The notes beneath the pieces are model-generated. The model worked only from the letters and a program-made list of their open reading frames with translations. It had not been told where the DNA came from and searched no databases. 29,552 bases of DNA from the IMG/VR virus record IMGVR_UViG_3300008452_005759. One strand, given 5' to 3'. This document shows, in pieces, positions 25,274-29,552 of the stretch. Position 1 is the first letter of the stretch. Each line of letters begins with the position of its first letter. Position numbers and translations under genes: made by a program. This DNA is from a virus.

Positions 25274-25285
25274 TATAATATTTTC

Positions 25286-25543
25286 ATGGATTTTCTTTTA
25301 CAAGCAAAAATAGACAATATAATTTCTGAAATAGAAAATCAGCTAGAAAAAGATTTTGTTGACGATTCTATTGCAAGAACTTTAATGGCTGTTTCTATTA
25401 ATAGAATAAATCTCTTAATGACTCACATTGGTTTTTTAGAATCCAAACTAGAGTCTACAATTGAGTCTAATCGCATGATGGCTATTCATGCAGAAAACTT
25501 AATTGCAGAAAATCAAAGATTGTCACAAATAGCAAGGTATTAA
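25286..25543 (+). CDS. Coiled-coil hypothetical protein
   Basis: ORF. Confidence 0.6.
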   Translation: MDFLLQAKIDNIISEIENQLEKDFVDDSIARTLMAVSINRINLLMTHIGFLESKLESTIESNRMMAIHAENLIAENQRLSQIARY

Positions 25544-25544
25544 T

Positions 25545-25733
25545 ATGGCTCAACCAGATGATTTGATTAGGAAAAATCTTTCCTATCAATGGGGGCCAGA
25601 AGTTGTAGTACAATGTTGTAGATATTGGAAACTGCACATAACTGACGGAAATTGGGGCAACTGTGGAATCTGCAAACAAAGACCTAAACTTACACAACTA
25701 ACATGGGATGAATTAGATGAAATCAATAATTAA
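25545..25733 (+). CDS. Small Cys-containing protein
   Basis: ORF; CCRYW...NCGICKQRP. Confidence 0.55.
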   Translation: MAQPDDLIRKNLSYQWGPEVVVQCCRYWKLHITDGNWGNCGICKQRPKLTQLTWDELDEINN

Positions 25734-26106
25734 CGCCATCAATAATTTAAGTATGGCAATTAACAACTTAGCTTCTTCTATCAAGAGCAAAAACGTTGTT
25801 ACCAGTGTAGCTTCTAAGTCTACAACTAGCAACCCTTATGCTGGTAACTCAAGTATAACAAAGTATTACTCTTATTCTAATTCTAAGGGTAAAAATTTAT
25901 TATCTGCTATTTCTGATGCAGAGCATAAAGCTCTTATGAGTATATATAATGCTATTACAGATAAAGGATCTCATCCTGATCATCATGAGCATATAATGAG
26001 AGAGCTTAAAACTAAGTGGCCAACTCTTTACAAAGCTTTAGATGAATTGATCTTGGCTCGCAGCAATCCTAAATATAGCTCTATTTGGAAAGAGAAAGAA
26101 CTCTAG
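25717..26106 (+). CDS. Hypothetical protein
   Basis: ORF. Confidence 0.6.
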   Translation: MKSIINAINNLSMAINNLASSIKSKNVVTSVASKSTTSNPYAGNSSITKYYSYSNSKGKNLLSAISDAEHKALMSIYNAITDKGSHPDHHEHIMRELKTKWPTLYKALDELILARSNPKYSSIWKEKEL

Positions 26107-26468
26107 AACTAATGGTTGACCATGAGGCCATGCGCAATGCTTATTTAAGGGCAGTTGGCTCTGACGAGCAGATTCCAGCTCAATTTAAAAAACCCTATAG
26201 GGGTAAAATTGGGAAAAAATTTTTAAGGCCTTTTTCCTTTTTACCTTTTTCTTTGATTCTGAAAAAACTTTTTAAAAAAGATAGACTCACTGTAGTACTA
26301 AGGTCTTCTGAGACCTCAAAAAAAATTGAGGTTATTAAGTTTACTCCAGAAGAAACTGATACTATAATGAATGCAGCATCAACTATGCACATGACAGTAG
26401 AAGAACTTTTTCATCATGTTTTTAAGGAGATAATCAAAGATGCAGAAAGAAAAACTAACTTGCGATAA
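26085..26468 (+). CDS. Hypothetical protein
   Basis: ORF. Confidence 0.55.
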   Translation: MERERTLELMVDHEAMRNAYLRAVGSDEQIPAQFKKPYRGKIGKKFLRPFSFLPFSLILKKLFKKDRLTVVLRSSETSKKIEVIKFTPEETDTIMNAASTMHMTVEELFHHVFKEIIKDAERKTNLR

Positions 26469-26760
26469 CTGCCATAAAGACTGGCAGAGAATTCCTTCTA
26501 GAGGAAGAAAGCCAAAGCTATGTCCTTCTTGCATTACTGGTCCAGCTCAAGTCAAGGATTCTCCTAAGCCTGTATTGCAGAAGGTAGTGCAAAAGGTGAC
26601 ACAAGATGACTCTATGCCTTTTCCTGGCCCCACCAAATGGGCCTGCTCTTCTTGTGGGGCCTCTGTAAAAATAGAAATAGACATGAAGTACGCACCAACC
26701 CACCAGTGCAAAAAGCGCCTTAAAAGAACTTACGCTCTTGAATTAATACGGGAAGCGTAA
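26440..26760 (+). CDS. Zinc-ribbon protein
   Basis: LTCDNCHKDW...PKLCPSC...KWACSSCGASVKIEIDMKYAPTHQC. Confidence 0.65.
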   Translation: MQKEKLTCDNCHKDWQRIPSRGRKPKLCPSCITGPAQVKDSPKPVLQKVVQKVTQDDSMPFPGPTKWACSSCGASVKIEIDMKYAPTHQCKKRLKRTYALELIREA

Positions 26761-26797
26761 TTAAAAAATATTCATACAAAAAAGAACTTGTTATTTC

Positions 26798-26817
26798 TTT
26801 CACATAATTTTGTGAAA
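26798..26817. promoter_or_regulatory. Perfect inverted repeat, possible operator or hairpin
   Basis: TTTCACA-TAATTT-TGTGAAA, about 24 nt upstream of a TATAAT at 26841-26846. Confidence 0.35.
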
Positions 26818-26873
26818 TGATTCTCAAATATATCTGTTATTATAATGGTTGGAAAAAATTTTAAGGAGACCAT

Positions 26874-27011
26874 ATGCATTACGGTATTGATGAAATCATG
26901 ATCAAATATATGAGAAACACAGATTCTTTTAAAAAGAAAAAAGCACGCAACAAAGAAAGCCACTTTGTTGCTATCGCTCGCAAAGAGCGTAAGACTAAAC
27001 AAAAGATCTAA
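26874..27011 (+). CDS. Small basic protein, 45 aa
   Basis: AAGGAG RBS; MHYGIDEIMIKYMRNTDSFKKKKARNKESHFVAIARKERKTKQKI. Confidence 0.6.
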   Translation: MHYGIDEIMIKYMRNTDSFKKKKARNKESHFVAIARKERKTKQKI

Positions 27012-27033
27012 TTTTTTAAACTAGAACCTCAGA

Positions 27034-27873
27034 TTACAGAATACCACGAGCAACTTTTATTGCTGTTTCTGTTGAGGAAACAACATTTTTTAAAGTTTTT
27101 CTAGACATAACTCCTGTTCTTAATTCTTTTAATGTTTGATTTATTGTTTCTTTTTCAAAACCACTAAATTCTCTTGCTACAGTTTCTCTGTCTCCTATTA
27201 AGGTAACAAAACCTTTAAGTCTTGCTTCCAAATTTTCAATAAGGCCATCGAAGTCTCCGCGTAGTCCACCAATAGTTTGCTCTTGAGCCATAGTTTCATC
27301 CGCACTAATGCCCGGAATAAAAAGTTGTGGCTTTAATCCTTGAAATGGTTTATCGGGAGATATTAAAGCATTACCGACTTCTATTGGACTATGTGGGTTG
27401 GTTCTTTGACCGAAAAGAAACCTTTCAGCATCAAGGGTTACTTGACTGTTTTTGCCAATTTTTAATATTTCTTTAGCGTCATTTGTATAGATTTCAGATC
27501 CTGAAAGAATATTAGGATCTGGACTAAGTCCTTGTAGTATTTCTTTGTTTACTGGTACCCTATATAAATCCATTATGTCTCTACCTTCGCCCTTAAGACC
27601 TCCCACAGAAAAGTCTTCGCTGTATGTTGAAGTAAACAAGTCTTGGCTGTAGATTGAAGAAAATGGATTAGTATAAAAATGCAATATCTTATCTTCAACA
27701 AATGAAGCGCCCGCTTTTTTAGCAGATTCTCTTGTAAATCCTTTCTCTAAAAGAGTTTCCCTCATGCTTTTAGGAGCAAAGTGATACAAATAGCCACTTG
27801 CCTCAAGAAAACCTTTTCTAGCATTAATTTTATTGAGCTCCTGTAAATTTTCCAAGGAACTCTCTGATATCAT
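27034..27873 (-). CDS. Hypothetical protein, 279 aa; weak ADP-ribosyltransferase-like features
   Basis: Long minus-strand ORF with no competing + ORF; SGYLYHFAPKSMRETLLEKGF...ILSGSEIYTNDAKEI. Confidence 0.7.
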   Translation of the reverse strand: MISESSLENLQELNKINARKGFLEASGYLYHFAPKSMRETLLEKGFTRESAKKAGASFVEDKILHFYTNPFSSIYSQDLFTSTYSEDFSVGGLKGEGRDIMDLYRVPVNKEILQGLSPDPNILSGSEIYTNDAKEILKIGKNSQVTLDAERFLFGQRTNPHSPIEVGNALISPDKPFQGLKPQLFIPGISADETMAQEQTIGGLRGDFDGLIENLEARLKGFVTLIGDRETVAREFSGFEKETINQTLKELRTGVMSRKTLKNVVSSTETAIKVARGIL

Positions 27874-27901
27874 GTCGTGAATTCTCCTAAATCTAATGCC
27901 C

Positions 27902-28105
27902 CTAACATCTAATTCTGTTGATCCGACCGCGAGAAATTAAATTTCCAATTGTAAGAAGTCTTTTTTCTTTTGCCCTAAGATAAAGAGCAGATGGTGGATC
28001 TGCATATTTTCTGGGTGAAATTTCAGACAAAAATTCTTCTGTAATACCAGTTTGAAAAAATCTGTTGGTACCAAAAAATTGATCATAATCAGATCCAGGT
28101 TTCAA
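27902..28105 (-). CDS. Hypothetical protein (non-ATG start in track)
   Basis: Minus-strand ORF upstream of 27873 gene; start unclear. Confidence 0.4.
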   Translation of the reverse strand: MKPGSDYDQFFGTNRFFQTGITEEFLSEISPRKYADPPSALYLRAKEKRLLTIGNLISRGRINRIRC

Positions 28106-28254
28106 CGCTTCTTTTAACTTTTCTTGAATATTTAAAAATTCATTAACTGGAGCACCGTTGCATTACAAAAACCTTTTATTAATTAACACTACTAATATAG
28201 TAACAGGTATAGACTAGACCTCAAATCACACATTTTTCTGATATACTAGTTGTT

Positions 28255-28530
28255 ATGAATTACACAGATACATACAGAAGAATCTACGAAACAATTTCAA
28301 ATTTGGATATACCACACGAAAAAGCACACAGGGCTGCTTTAAAAATAACTGATTCTCTCAGTGAGATATATCTATACTCAAATAGACAATTTCCAGAGAA
28401 GCTGCCTGATATACTAGAAATAGCTGAAGTCTTCTGTGCCGAAGCTAAACTCGGTGGCTATGACATAGATGATAAAGGCTATCCAGTAGGTTATGGTATT
28501 AAGGCAGACGGATTAAAAAGCAGCAAGTAG
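28255..28530 (+). CDS. Hypothetical protein, 91 aa
   Basis: ORF; upstream TGATATACT resembles an extended -10 (28239-28247). Confidence 0.6.
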   Translation: MNYTDTYRRIYETISNLDIPHEKAHRAALKITDSLSEIYLYSNRQFPEKLPDILEIAEVFCAEAKLGGYDIDDKGYPVGYGIKADGLKSSK

Positions 28531-28608
28531 TACGTGCGCCAATTCTTAATTAAGTTAACGATAAATAAGATCATATCTATAAAGCCCATGGTGAGATAGT
28601 ACAGTTCT

Positions 28609-28679
<71 letters not shown>

Positions 28680-28703
28680 CCAATTTAAACAAGAAAGAAT
28701 AAA

Positions 28704-29552
28704 ATGAAAAAGAGAGTATTTTTAACAGGTGCTGGTGGATTTGTGGGTCACCACACATTAGAGCACATCCTAAAGACAACGGATTGGGACGTAGTAATTA
28801 GTGATTCGTTCCGTCATCGTGGAGTGACAGACAGAGTTACATCTATAGCCTGCTGGAAAGCCGAAAGACATCGTGTTCAGCTCATTACTCATGACCTAAC
28901 TGTTCCTTTTTCTGACGTCATGATTAAAGACATGGGCCACATTGACTACATTATTTCTATGGCATCAGACTCACATGTGGATAGATCAATTACAGATCCC
29001 GCACCATTTATCATGAACAATGTGGCTTTGGTTGTAAATATGCTCGAGCTTGCTCGCAAGATTCAACCTGAAGTATTCCTTCATGTATCAACAGACGAGG
29101 TATATGGAGCAGCACCGAAAGGCTACGCACACAAAGAATGGGATACAATCCTTCCATCCAATCCATACTCTGGCTCTAAAGCTGCACAGGAAGCTGCATG
29201 CATATCATATTGGAGAACATTCGGAGTTCCAGTAATTATTACCAACACAATGAATATTATTGGTGAGCGTCAAGATCCAGAGAAGTTTGTTCCAAAGATT
29301 ATGTATTGCTTGGAAAAGAATATTCCAATGACAATTCACGGAACACCAGAAAACATTGGATCTAGATTCTATCTTCACGCAAGAAACCAAGCTGACGCAT
29401 TAGTTTTTATTTTAAAGAATCTTTCACCAGTGGCATACCCAAATGCTGACAGACCTGATAAATATCATATTGTTGGAGAAAGAGAAGTGAATAACTTAGA
29501 GATGGCTAAGCTTGTTGCCTTTTATTGGGGCAAGGAACTTAAGTTTGAGTTT
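28704..29552 (+). CDS. NAD-dependent epimerase/dehydratase (extended SDR), 3' truncated by window edge
   Basis: MKKRVFLTGAGGFVGHHTLEHIL (GxxGxxG), STDEVYG, YSGSKAAQE (YxxxK); not in ORF track because it runs off the window. Confidence 0.88.
   Translation, partial: MKKRVFLTGAGGFVGHHTLEHILKTTDWDVVISDSFRHRGVTDRVTSIACWKAERHRVQLITHDLTVPFSDVMIKDMGHIDYIISMASDSHVDRSITDPAPFIMNNVALVVNMLELARKIQPEVFLHVSTDEVYGAAPKGYAHKEWDTILPSNPYSGSKAAQEAACISYWRTFGVPVIITNTMNIIGERQDPEKFVPKIMYCLEKNIPMTIHGTPENIGSRFYLHARNQADALVFILKNLSPVAYPNADRPDKYHIVGEREVNNLEMAKLVAFYWGKELKFEF

Overview
AT-rich, densely packed, almost entirely + strand region of an actinobacteriophage-like genome. The viral/actinobacterial assignment is inferred from a WhiB-like gene, a DUF732-like gene, 8 tRNAs, SSB, a family-4-like UDG and many tiny overlapping ORFs. 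The standout is a putative phage-encoded ubiquitin-like conjugation and proteolysis system. At 8860-15141 there is (i) a 606-aa protein with an E2-like N-terminal core (...PNINCKGYRGNGVGWICLYHTDDW...) followed by many CxxC zinc-finger pairs, (ii) a 572-aa JAMM/Mpr1 isopeptidase-like protein (HSHPNMAAYASGTD) with C-terminal zinc fingers, (iii) a ThiF/E1-like protein (GAGGIG; DxxNYExxNLERQNF; MSCQERAEVEGGTQ), (iv) an 83-aa ubiquitin-like protein ending RRAGEKG, with a very strong UUCG-loop terminator behind it, and (v) a Ycf46-like AAA+ ATPase. Two further proteins (17728-18972, 18956-20197) look like divergent relatives of the E2-like core. About 9 kb downstream, with its own promoter-like sequence, lies an HslV/proteasome-beta-like Ntn hydrolase with an N-terminal Thr and Asp17-equivalent (24234-24848). 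Other notable items: four ORFs that start exactly 2 nt after a tRNA 3' end (tRNA-CT-ATG), a highly structured noncoding region at 6177-6463, an M50-like membrane protease, and a subtilase fragment at the left edge. All family calls come from reading motifs by eye; no database search was run.
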